A stretch of DNA of 51,154 nucleotides from a virus (lineage: Duplodnaviria > Caudoviricetes), in the IMG/VR virus record IMGVR_UViG_3300010401_000012, positions 1-51,154 of that record; one strand, written 5' to 3'. This document shows, one piece after another, positions 7,831 to 16,683 of this stretch; the first letter of the stretch is position 1, and each line of letters opens with the position of its first letter. The position numbers and the translations under genes are program-made. The notes beneath the pieces are model-generated. The model had not been told where the DNA came from. It ran no database searches and was given only the letters and a program-made list of their open reading frames with translations.

Positions 7831-9303
7831 ATGACGAAATCGACTAATAAGACCATTATCTTCGTTCGCGAACCGGGCGTCGACGTGCCCGAAGCCTACC
7901 TCCGTAAGGTCCTGGCGGCCTGCCCCAGCGGCGGCGGCTACAGTATCCAGTCCAAGGACAAGGACGGCAACCCCGAACTCATCACCGACAACATGGACGT
8001 CGCCGTCCAGCTCAGTGATGTCCAGGATCTCTTGAAGTCGGCGGTCAGCCATCGGGTTCTCTTCGCCTTCAACAAGCTGGAGAAGGTCGACGAGAAGTTC
8101 CTCCAGCCGTACCACGTCGCACTCGACGGCGACGACGTCTTGCTTTCCTTCGCGATCGACGGGCACTTCCCGACGATGGTCGAGGCCGGCAGCACGGAGG
8201 AGTCGCTGCTCGCCCAGCGGGTGATGTTTCCGAATATCCAGAAAATCATCAAGTACTCCGCCGGCGATCTCGACAAGTTCCTCGCCGAGCTTCGCGATCC
8301 CACCTTCGTCGACATGGTCATGTCCCGTATTGGTGACCGTGGTGCATTCTGCTTCCTGCCGCCCGTCGGCGACGCCATCTGGCTCGGCAAGAACACGCTG
8401 GGCTCGACGTTTCCGTGGGGTCAAACCTCTGATACTCTCGGCTATACCGAAACGGCCGCGATGGCTGCGCCGGCCAAGGCGGACGTGAACGACAAGAAGA
8501 AGGGGTGGTGGGGCAAGAGCAAGGGACCAGAAGTCCCCGTGGCTCAGGAGACGGCTCCGGTTGTCCCCGCAGCGCCGGCCGCCCCACCGCCCAACCCCGT
8601 TCCGCTGAATATCCCGGCTACCCAGCCGGATACCAAGGTCACTCCGCCCGAGGTCACCCCGGTCGAGATCGATCCGAACGCACCGCCACCGGCGGGAAGC
8701 TGGAAGGTCGTTCCGAAGGGGATGTCGAAGGACCAGCGGAAGAAGTTCATTCGGCGGGTTACCAACTGCGGCGCCCAACTGCCGATCGGCTGGAACGTCG
8801 ACCCGTTCCGGTATTGGGAAGTCGAATACCCGAAGGACGAACGGCTGACGGCCTTGGTCGAGCAGAAGCGGCTCGAACCGAAGGACATGCGGGCACCGGC
8901 TCCCAAGCCTGTCGCCCCGAAGTCCGGCAGCGAGGTCGACGTCCTCATGATGTCCAAGGAAGAGCGCGACGGCATCGAGACCCACATCCTCAATGTCCTC
9001 GGCTACAACGCCAAGCATCGGACGGAACCCTTGGAAATCCAGAAGCAGGAGAGCGTGTACCCGCCGTTCAGCCAGGAATTCGGCGTCAAGTTCGAGGTCT
9101 TCAACGGCTGGACCCCGAAGCAACTCCGTCTACTCGGATCGAAGGGGCTCATCCACTACGCCCTCGAAGCCCGACGTCGTTTGATCAATACCGCCGCCGG
9201 CTCCCCGCCGGTGGAAGTCGGCGACACCGCACCTGCGGTCGCCGAGAATTCGGCAACCCCGGCCCCGAAGAAGGGTTACTGGGGCAAGTCGAAGGCTGCC
9301 TAG
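7831..9303 (+). CDS. Protein with degenerate class II glutamine amidotransferase (Ntn)-like N-domain and Pro-rich C-half
   Basis: GAGG RBS, strong GC3 bias; spacing matches phage GATase-II motifs but key residues differ. The CDS is secure, the fold is inferred. Confidence 0.65.
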   Translation: MTKSTNKTIIFVREPGVDVPEAYLRKVLAACPSGGGYSIQSKDKDGNPELITDNMDVAVQLSDVQDLLKSAVSHRVLFAFNKLEKVDEKFLQPYHVALDGDDVLLSFAIDGHFPTMVEAGSTEESLLAQRVMFPNIQKIIKYSAGDLDKFLAELRDPTFVDMVMSRIGDRGAFCFLPPVGDAIWLGKNTLGSTFPWGQTSDTLGYTETAAMAAPAKADVNDKKKGWWGKSKGPEVPVAQETAPVVPAAPAAPPPNPVPLNIPATQPDTKVTPPEVTPVEIDPNAPPPAGSWKVVPKGMSKDQRKKFIRRVTNCGAQLPIGWNVDPFRYWEVEYPKDERLTALVEQKRLEPKDMRAPAPKPVAPKSGSEVDVLMMSKEERDGIETHILNVLGYNAKHRTEPLEIQKQESVYPPFSQEFGVKFEVFNGWTPKQLRLLGSKGLIHYALEARRRLINTAAGSPPVEVGDTAPAVAENSATPAPKKGYWGKSKAA

Positions 9304-9360
9304 TCAAGGGCAGTCGACCCAGCGGGAGTTCCCTCCGGCCCCGCTGGGTCACCTTTATCC

Positions 9361-9390
9361 TTGACAATTCCCCTTAGATTGCTGTATCAT
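9361..9390 (+). promoter_or_regulatory. Sigma70-like promoter for the replication genes
   Basis: TTGACA-N18-TATCAT, 8 nt upstream of the ATG (possibly leaderless). Confidence 0.6.
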
Positions 9391-9398
9391 GCGAAAGC

Positions 9399-10985
9399 AT
9401 GAAGAAACCCTCCGATACTATTATCGAACAACACGTCCCTTGTGATGACTGTGGCTCCTCAGACGCTCGGTGTGTATACGCCGACGGTCACAGTCATTGC
9501 TTCTCCTGCAATACCCATATCCCCGCTAAGAGGGCGGAGAAAGAATACTTGGAAGAAACATTTACTTATGAATACTTAGACTATCGTGGTATATCTAAAG
9601 AAACATTCCGCTTCTACGAAGCGAAGACTAAGATTGATAAGGAAGGTAAACCTATAGCCATAGGTTTTTCTTGGCCTAATCAATCTATGAAGGTTAGGAC
9701 ATTACCGAAAGGCTTCCATACCATAGGCGATATCGCCAAAGGCGGATGCTTTGGTCGTAACTTTTTCATGGCCGGTAGCAATCGATCCGTCGTTATTACT
9801 GAGGGAGAACTCGATGCGCTATCCGTATATCAAGTCTGCCGTGTGCCTGCTGTTTCTGTTCGAAGCAGCAATACTGGGAAGCTGGACGCTGCAATCGATC
9901 GACAGTGGCTTAACTCATTTGAACGCATTTACCTGTGCCTTGATGGAGATGGGCCGGGGCGAGATGCGGCTCGTGAGATCGCTGGGCTCTTCGATTTCAA
10001 CAAGGTTTACCAGATCAAGTTCCCCGGCGGAAGCCGAAAGGACGCCAACGACTACGTTCGAAATGGAGAGTCCGAAGAACTAGCCAAACTCTTCCTTTCT
10101 GCCAAGAGGTACTTGCCAGAACAGGTTGTGTCCTCTTGGCAGGAGTTTGACAAGATACTTTCTGAAGTTCCAAAGAGTGGTGTTTCATACCCATGGCCTA
10201 CTCTTAACTATATGACTTATGGAATACGCACTGGTGAGTCGGTTCTTATTACCGCACAGAAAGGTGTCGGTAAGACAGAAGTGATGCACTCAATTCTTTA
10301 CCATCTGTTGAGGGAGACTAAAGATGCGATCGGTACTATATTTCTGGAAGAGCCAAAGAAACGGCTGTTACAGGCTGTGGCGGGCATACATCTCCGAAGA
10401 CCAGTCCATCTACCAGACTGTGGTGTTGCCGACACTCAGGTATCTGCTGCTGTCCACGAAGCTGTACAGGAGGATGACCGTCTTCACCTGTATTCTCATT
10501 TCGGCTCTGATGACCCAGAAACTATTCTGGATACTATTCGGTTTCTCGTTAGCGCGCGTGGCTGTCGTTACATTCTCCTTGACCACATTACTATGGTTGT
10601 ATCTGGTTTGGGGGGAGATAATGAACGACGGGCTCTGGACTACCTGTCGACGCGTCTGGAAATGATGGTCAAGGAATTGGACTTCGCGTTGATCTTTGTC
10701 AGTCACGTCAATGACGATGGATTGACGCGAGGTTCGCGTAATATCTTTAATATAGCGGATATGAGAATAGACCTTAGTCGTGATGTTAAGAGCCCAGACC
10801 CTATCATAAGACGCACGACGCACCTTATGGTGTCAGCTAACCGCTTCTGCGGGAGGACTGGTCCGGCTGGCGACTTACTTTTTGACCCTGTGACGTATAC
10901 TCTGACCGAGGACTTCGGCTTCAAGGCTGAGGAGAAACGTCAGGCTGCTAATGATAATACTCTAGAAAGAATAGCTGCGGCATGA
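9399..10985 (+). CDS. T7 gp4-like DNA primase/helicase
   Basis: Zn ribbon CDDCGSSDA..HCFSC, TOPRIM EGELD and DGDGPG, Walker A AQKGVGKT, LDHI. Confidence 0.96.
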   Translation: MKKPSDTIIEQHVPCDDCGSSDARCVYADGHSHCFSCNTHIPAKRAEKEYLEETFTYEYLDYRGISKETFRFYEAKTKIDKEGKPIAIGFSWPNQSMKVRTLPKGFHTIGDIAKGGCFGRNFFMAGSNRSVVITEGELDALSVYQVCRVPAVSVRSSNTGKLDAAIDRQWLNSFERIYLCLDGDGPGRDAAREIAGLFDFNKVYQIKFPGGSRKDANDYVRNGESEELAKLFLSAKRYLPEQVVSSWQEFDKILSEVPKSGVSYPWPTLNYMTYGIRTGESVLITAQKGVGKTEVMHSILYHLLRETKDAIGTIFLEEPKKRLLQAVAGIHLRRPVHLPDCGVADTQVSAAVHEAVQEDDRLHLYSHFGSDDPETILDTIRFLVSARGCRYILLDHITMVVSGLGGDNERRALDYLSTRLEMMVKELDFALIFVSHVNDDGLTRGSRNIFNIADMRIDLSRDVKSPDPIIRRTTHLMVSANRFCGRTGPAGDLLFDPVTYTLTEDFGFKAEEKRQAANDNTLERIAAA

Positions 10986-11671
10986 GATACCCTTGGAACT
11001 TAAAGTATTGGAAGACGGGCGAGTGGCAGGTCGTTAACGAACGCCTCCACGACATGGAGAAACGCCATGAAACGTACAACCCTCCGCGTGGGAGCCTTTT
11101 TCGAGCGTTGGCACTTGTTCAACCTGAAAAGGTTAAGGCGGTTATTCTCGGACAAGACCCCTATCCAGACGCGCGATATTCTACAGGCGTCGCCTTCTCA
11201 ATCCCAGAAGGAATTGAAGCTAAGGATTTCCCACCGACTCTTAAAACATTACTCCAAGAGTACTCCATTGACACTGGTTACCCTTTACCATCTAACGGCA
11301 ACCTCGAACGATGGTCAGAAGAAGGAGTACTGCTGTGGAACGTTATCCCTAGCTGTACAAATGGTCGAAGCTTATCTCATGACTGGGATGAGTACAGTTA
11401 CCTTACAAGAGAAATACTCACCCGTCTTTCCTCACAGGGAGGGATCGTTTTTGCTTTTCTCGGAGCGGTGGCCCGACGCTACGTCGAGGAGGTCGACCTC
11501 ACTAAGAACTCAGTCGTCGTCACATCCCACCCCTCGCCAAGAGGATCTTTATCAAGTCGGAGCCCTTTCATCGGGTCGCGTATATTCACGGTCATCAATG
11601 ACCACTTAGTCAATATGGGACAGACCCCGATAGATTGGGAGCTGAAGGATGATTGTGGAAATCCTAGTTAA
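10982..11671 (+). CDS. ung: Uracil-DNA glycosylase (family 1)
   Basis: VKAVILGQDPY, GVAFS, GVLLWN, SHPSP. Confidence 0.93.
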   Translation: MRYPWNLKYWKTGEWQVVNERLHDMEKRHETYNPPRGSLFRALALVQPEKVKAVILGQDPYPDARYSTGVAFSIPEGIEAKDFPPTLKTLLQEYSIDTGYPLPSNGNLERWSEEGVLLWNVIPSCTNGRSLSHDWDEYSYLTREILTRLSSQGGIVFAFLGAVARRYVEEVDLTKNSVVVTSHPSPRGSLSSRSPFIGSRIFTVINDHLVNMGQTPIDWELKDDCGNPS

Positions 11672-11712
11672 CGGAAAGATCGAACTCGTGGACAGCAAGT
11701 GGGAGCCACGTC

Positions 11713-11943
11713 ATGCACAAGCTGTACAGACCACATCGAAAGAAGCGTCAGCCTCCGGTGAAGATTTCGGACGCAAAGGCCCAGATAATAGCGAAGGCTA
11801 TCGTCAGGAACGACCGGACGCTCAAGCAAGTAGCCGCTGACTTTGGGATTTCCTACCAGTGGGCCTACAGAATACTCCAAACTAGGGTAAATGTTAGTAA
11901 AGTACTATCTCTCCGGTACCCTGACACCCCTGAAGAGAAATAA
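11713..11943 (+). CDS. Small helix-turn-helix protein
   Basis: TLKQVAADFGISYQWAYRIL. Confidence 0.7.
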   Translation: MHKLYRPHRKKRQPPVKISDAKAQIIAKAIVRNDRTLKQVAADFGISYQWAYRILQTRVNVSKVLSLRYPDTPEEK

Positions 11944-11980
11944 CGCACCACGGAGCTTCCTAGGGCATCCTAGGGCCTAT
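11942..11980 (+). repeat. Degenerate 39-bp repeat, copy B
   Basis: AACGCACCACGGAGCTTCCTAGGGCATCCTAGGGCCTAT. Confidence 0.75.
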
Positions 11981-11997
11981 CTAGAAGGAGTGGACCA

Positions 11998-12195
11998 ATG
12001 AAAAATAGACCTTCCAAGTTGGTCCAAAAGAAAATCGACTACACTGAAGCCCGGATAAACCATATCAAAGGCGTAAAGTGTTCCTCAGATATGTGGGATT
12101 ACTATTCTGGACTAGAGTTAGATTTCCTTGATAATTACAGAAATGCATTGTACGCGGAGCTTCAGCGCTCCCAGATGCGGGAGTGGAACATATGA
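11998..12195 (+). CDS. Hypothetical protein
   Basis: AAGGAG RBS. Confidence 0.6.
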   Translation: MKNRPSKLVQKKIDYTEARINHIKGVKCSSDMWDYYSGLELDFLDNYRNALYAELQRSQMREWNI

Positions 12196-12917
12196 GATAC
12201 TATGCAATCGGGGACCTGCACGGGCGGCTTGATCTCTTAGAAAAATCTGTCCGAAAAATTTCCGATCACGCAGAGCAAAGTGATTTTCAAATCATAACTC
12301 TCGGCGATTACATCGACAGGGGCAAAAATTCTAGGGGAGTAATCGAATTTCTGATGGCTCACCCCGAGATCATTGCTCTTCAAGGCAACCATGAAGTCAT
12401 GGCTGTCCAATCTATCTCTTGCCAACTCAATCCTAGTTGGTGGATGGGCAACGGTGGTGACAAGACTATGATCTCCTACGGACAGCGGTTTATGGGTGGT
12501 ATGTATTACCACGGAGCTGATGTTTACTACTCACTCGTCCCTGACGAACATGTCAAGTGGATGCATAGCCTTCCCCTATACTATGAAACTGAGAAACAGG
12601 TCTTCGTCCATGCCGGTATCCCCAACGACGCCCCACTCGCTGAGCAGCAGTTCGATACAAGAGCTGACGGAGCTACTAAGTTCCAGTGGATGCTCTACGG
12701 TCCGGACGACCACGGCGGATGGCGTGGAAAGCACGTCGTCCATGGTCACCATCAATTTAAAGACGGGCCTCACGTATGGCACCCCGGAAGCAAGGGGGGA
12801 GGACGAACTGATCTTGATACATATGCGTGGAAAACCGGACGCATCGTCATAGGTGTCTTCGACGACACCCAAGGACCAACAATAGATTTCATTGAGGTGA
12901 CCGATGCAGAAGAGTGA
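12192..12917 (+). CDS. Calcineurin-like metallophosphoesterase (lambda NinI/Ser-Thr phosphatase-like)
   Basis: GDLHG, GDYIDRG, GNHE, FVHAGI, VHGH. Confidence 0.93.
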   Translation: MRYYAIGDLHGRLDLLEKSVRKISDHAEQSDFQIITLGDYIDRGKNSRGVIEFLMAHPEIIALQGNHEVMAVQSISCQLNPSWWMGNGGDKTMISYGQRFMGGMYYHGADVYYSLVPDEHVKWMHSLPLYYETEKQVFVHAGIPNDAPLAEQQFDTRADGATKFQWMLYGPDDHGGWRGKHVVHGHHQFKDGPHVWHPGSKGGGRTDLDTYAWKTGRIVIGVFDDTQGPTIDFIEVTDAEE

Positions 12918-13233
12918 AGCTATAGAAGCCGAGGTCATCGACTTCCAAGAAGCTGTTCAAGCCAAGGTCTCCGGCAGTGGTGGGGGCTTTGATCACTTCC
13001 CAGGTATGACCGTAGGAAGTAAGTTCCTTTCCATACCTAATGGTAGCTCAGATAGTTTGTGTACTGAGTATCATCTCACTGGTAAGTACGGCGTGTCTGT
13101 GCTATTATGGAACGTCGGTGAAGAGAACTACGAACGACACATCAGCCAGAAGTTCTGGAAGCTAAATACTCTAGTGCAAATACTGCACGATCCCGAGAAG
13201 GATAAAAACAATGGGAACCGTGTACCAGATTGA
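12904..13233 (+). CDS. Hypothetical protein
   Basis: GAGGT RBS; overlapping packing. Confidence 0.65.
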   Translation: MQKSEAIEAEVIDFQEAVQAKVSGSGGGFDHFPGMTVGSKFLSIPNGSSDSLCTEYHLTGKYGVSVLLWNVGEENYERHISQKFWKLNTLVQILHDPEKDKNNGNRVPD

Positions 13234-13384
13234 CCAAGCCACATGGTCTACCATGCGGATGGTTCAAGACGCTCGGAAGTGGTGTGAAGAACGCAACGGC
13301 GACGGAAGTCGTCAGGGTGCGATCAAGACCCACAAGACCGTGCTGAAGACCTTCATCGAAGGCATTCGTGGTGAGGCTGCGTAA
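13211..13384 (+). CDS. Hypothetical protein, 57 aa (MGTVYQID...)
   Basis: Hand-translated; AAGGA RBS. Confidence 0.55.
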   Translation: MGTVYQIDQATWSTMRMVQDARKWCEERNGDGSRQGAIKTHKTVLKTFIEGIRGEAA

Positions 13385-13437
13385 GCAGCCCTCACTATTA
13401 CTTAGCTCATACCGAGCGGACTAACAGAGGAACTCAA

Positions 13438-13581
13438 ATGGATAAGGCTACGCACGTCATCCTCGTTGTTGCCCTGACTGTGGGTATCATCGTAGGCTTC
13501 GTCTACATCAGTCGCACCGTGTCCGTGGACTGCTGGAACTTCTTCGGTCTCCGAGGTTGTGCCGCTTCCACGGTCAAGTAA
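13438..13581 (+). CDS. Small membrane protein, 47 aa
   Basis: GAGGA RBS; ILVVALTVGIIVGFVYI. Confidence 0.6.
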   Translation: MDKATHVILVVALTVGIIVGFVYISRTVSVDCWNFFGLRGCAASTVK

Positions 13582-13818
13582 CGGACGGTGCCCGTAGGTC
13601 CAACGACCGCAGCGGGCACCTCCTACTTAGGAGCATAGCTCCGTAACGGCAGCGAAGCTGCCTAGGATATACTATGAAACCAAAAGATTACCCATTGCCC
13701 TGGTGCGATAAACTTGATATGCCTTACTACGCTGTAAACATGTACCTGATAAATACAGTGGAAGGGTGGAGTAAGAAACAAGCTTACAAACCAATGTCTG
13801 AAATCATTCCTTGGATTG

Positions 13819-15783
13819 ATGAAATACTTGAGAATAGCGTTTAATATAGAAGCTAATGGCCTGAAGCCTGATCACATCTGGTGCGTAGTCTGTAAGGACA
13901 TAGACACCGGAGAGATACGTCGTTTCAATAATTTAACAACAGACGATAAGGAACGAGATGGATTTCTTAGCTATTTCAATGACGCTGAATATATTATTGG
14001 TCATAACATCCTTGGCTATGACCTTCCTGTGTTACATCAACTTATCGGAATACAATTTTCAGCTAGCGCAGAACATTGCTGCGATACGCTCGTCATTAGT
14101 AAGCTTGCAGACTACCCTCGAAAAGGGCACTCAGTTGAACATTATGCCGTTGAGTTCGGAGGAGTTAAACAATCTCAGGTATCTTATTCCCATCACTCCC
14201 CAGAACTCCTCGAATACTGTGAGCGTAAGGCTGAACTAGCCCATAAGATATACCAGAAGTATGAGAAATATATCCACAATGAGAAATACCAACGAGCTAT
14301 TGATCTCGAACAACGGTTTCAATTAGTATGTAATAATCTTCATGACAACGGGTTCTCCTTTAATGTAAAGAAGGCGGAAGCCTTACTCGATCGAGTTGAA
14401 GGAGAACTCGCTGTCCTCGACAAGGATATCCTTGAAGCTTTCCCACCTAGACTTAAGCTCATAAGAGAGATCAACCCGAAGGAGACGAAGCATGGCACTA
14501 TTAGTCTTACTTCCATTCCTAAGGAAATGCGTCAAGACATTCCTGATCTTAACGTTGATGCTCCTTTCTGTTATTGTAGTTGGGTTAGTTTTAACCCAAG
14601 CAGTCATAAGCAAATTGTTAATGTACTTAACGAAGCTGGCTGGCGACCTGTAGAGAAAACACAGACCCACATAGACGTAGAGCGTGAACTCCAGAAATTA
14701 AAACATACTAAGCGGGATGCCACGCTTGACATAACGCTTCAAGAGTTATATACTAAACTTAATAATCTCAAGGTGTCTGGCTGGAAAGTAAACGAAGCCA
14801 ACCTTGATACCCTTCCTATGTCCGCGCCTAAAGCAGCGCGGGTGCTAGCACGTAGGATACTCCTTGAGTCCCGGCGCAGAACCCTCACCGAGTGGTTGGC
14901 GTTAGCAACCGAAGACAGCCGTATACACGGAAAGTTTTACGGCATCGGCGCCTGGACCCATAGGATGGCGCACCAAAATCCCAATACTGCTAACATACCA
15001 AATGCTGTTAAAGTCTCGGACGGGAGTAAAACTCTCTACGGGAAAGAACTTCGTGCATTATGGCAGGCTCCAAAGAACCGCCTTCTCGTAGGCGTGGATG
15101 CCGAAGCTATTCAGTTACGAGTATTCGCACACCTTATCAACGATCCAAATCTCACAAACGCTATCGTAAATGGTAAGAAGAGCGAAGGAACTGATCCGCA
15201 TTCTCTCAACAAGAAATACTTCGGCAGCTTCTGTAAGACTAGAAATGCTGCAAAGCATAGCCTATACGCCATGTTCTTTGGTGGTGGTCCCGGCAAGATA
15301 GCCGAGATCATGGGTTGTACAAAGGAAGAAGCCGAAGAAGCCATAGCTTCACTGATCGAGAAGTACCCCGGGTTGCATGACCTTCAAACAAAGGTCTTCC
15401 CCACTGATGCAAAACGTGGGTACTTCGTCGGTCTCGATGGCAGAGCTGTACGAATACCCGGTGATACTGTAGGTAATAGAAAACATCTATGTATGTCAGG
15501 CTACCTCCAATGCGGAGAAGCCGTCATAATGAAAGCAGCTACACTTAAATGGATAAACAAATTGAAGGAGTACGATGCGAAGCTAGTGAATTTCGTACAC
15601 GACGAGTGGCAGATCGAATGCCCGAACAACATGGCGACGGCGGTTTCGATTGCAGATTTGGTGACCAAGTCTTTAGAAGAAGTGGGTCGAGACCTATGTC
15701 TCAACTGTCCTATGGCGGGCAGTTACTATAACGACGACGACAAAGACTATACTATCGCGACCAATTGGTCCAAAACACATTAG
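13819..15783 (+). CDS. Family A DNA polymerase (T7 gp5-like) with degenerate 3'-5' exonuclease
   Basis: GHNILGYD, GAWTHRM, motif A VGVDAEAIQLR, motif B RNAAKHSLY, motif C VHDE. Confidence 0.96.
   Translation: MKYLRIAFNIEANGLKPDHIWCVVCKDIDTGEIRRFNNLTTDDKERDGFLSYFNDAEYIIGHNILGYDLPVLHQLIGIQFSASAEHCCDTLVISKLADYPRKGHSVEHYAVEFGGVKQSQVSYSHHSPELLEYCERKAELAHKIYQKYEKYIHNEKYQRAIDLEQRFQLVCNNLHDNGFSFNVKKAEALLDRVEGELAVLDKDILEAFPPRLKLIREINPKETKHGTISLTSIPKEMRQDIPDLNVDAPFCYCSWVSFNPSSHKQIVNVLNEAGWRPVEKTQTHIDVERELQKLKHTKRDATLDITLQELYTKLNNLKVSGWKVNEANLDTLPMSAPKAARVLARRILLESRRRTLTEWLALATEDSRIHGKFYGIGAWTHRMAHQNPNTANIPNAVKVSDGSKTLYGKELRALWQAPKNRLLVGVDAEAIQLRVFAHLINDPNLTNAIVNGKKSEGTDPHSLNKKYFGSFCKTRNAAKHSLYAMFFGGGPGKIAEIMGCTKEEAEEAIASLIEKYPGLHDLQTKVFPTDAKRGYFVGLDGRAVRIPGDTVGNRKHLCMSGYLQCGEAVIMKAATLKWINKLKEYDAKLVNFVHDEWQIECPNNMATAVSIADLVTKSLEEVGRDLCLNCPMAGSYYNDDDKDYTIATNWSKTH
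14726..14754 (+). promoter_or_regulatory. Sigma70-like promoter inside the polymerase gene
   Basis: TTGACA-N17-TATACT, same hexamers as the promoter at 6286. Confidence 0.65.
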
Positions 15784-15791
15784 GAGTTACT

Positions 15792-15959
15792 ATGACTAAT
15801 TACGTTACTCAATACGACTACAGCATCCGCACTGGTGGAACGATGACGTTCGATGCGGATAGCAAAGACGAAGCCGAAGAGATGGCGAAGGAATACATCG
15901 CTGAGACTTACCCCGAAGCTTTTGATATCGAGGTTGTAGAAGTGGATGCTGTCCTCTGA
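15792..15959 (+). CDS. Small acidic hypothetical protein
   Basis: AGGAG RBS; TGATG overlap with the SSB gene. Confidence 0.65.
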   Translation: MTNYVTQYDYSIRTGGTMTFDADSKDEAEEMAKEYIAETYPEAFDIEVVEVDAVL

Positions 15960-16471
15960 TGGCACAGTTCTCAAAGACAACCCACGAGAGTGTCAAAGGT
16001 AAGTGTAAGTGGGCACACGTCACACGGCTTAATCGATACGACGCATGGAGTATTGAACTTTGGCCTATACCCGAAGACCTTGAACGTATCCGTGAATGGC
16101 AAGCCAAAGGCTTGAAGAACACGATGCGCAAGGACGAGGAAGGCTATAATATTCGGTTCAAACGTGAGCCGACGAAGAAAATTACTCTACGTACAGGTGA
16201 GATTAAACACCTGACGTTCGCACCTCCCTCTGTCGCCATGGCCGATGGGTCACCCCTCCCTCAAGGTGTATCCATCGGCAATGGTAGTGACGTCACAGTC
16301 CTACTGGAAGTCTATACTCACGGTACACCTGGTGGTGGACAAGCAGTAGCGTGTCGTCTCGAAGGAGTGCGGGTAGATAACCTCGTACCGTTTGATCCTT
16401 CTCGTGATTACACTCCTGAAGAAAAAGAAAAGGTAGACGCACTGACGTCTCAACCGGAGCATATATTCTAA
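15959..16471 (+). CDS. Single-stranded DNA-binding protein (T7 gp2.5-like)
   Basis: GKCKWAHV, IGNGSDV, RLEGVRVDNLV; C-terminal Phe; lies just after the polymerase. Confidence 0.85.
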   Translation: MAQFSKTTHESVKGKCKWAHVTRLNRYDAWSIELWPIPEDLERIREWQAKGLKNTMRKDEEGYNIRFKREPTKKITLRTGEIKHLTFAPPSVAMADGSPLPQGVSIGNGSDVTVLLEVYTHGTPGGGQAVACRLEGVRVDNLVPFDPSRDYTPEEKEKVDALTSQPEHIF

Positions 16472-16683
16472 TGGCTATGGATAATCTTAACATCTCTAAT
16501 GAAGATGTATGGAAGCGTGTCGATAACATCGGCAGTACTCGTTTCATAAATATGGTTGACGGAACTACACGGGATGTCCCGTGGGGTACCCTCGACTACT
16601 GGAATATCTTCGTTGGTAATATCCTTACCTTTGCAATCCTCGGTGGGTTTGCTTGGATTGGTATTCACTACTTGACTAAATAA
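16471..16683 (+). CDS. Small membrane protein
   Basis: TAATG overlap; C-terminal transmembrane segment. Confidence 0.6.
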   Translation: MAMDNLNISNEDVWKRVDNIGSTRFINMVDGTTRDVPWGTLDYWNIFVGNILTFAILGGFAWIGIHYLTK

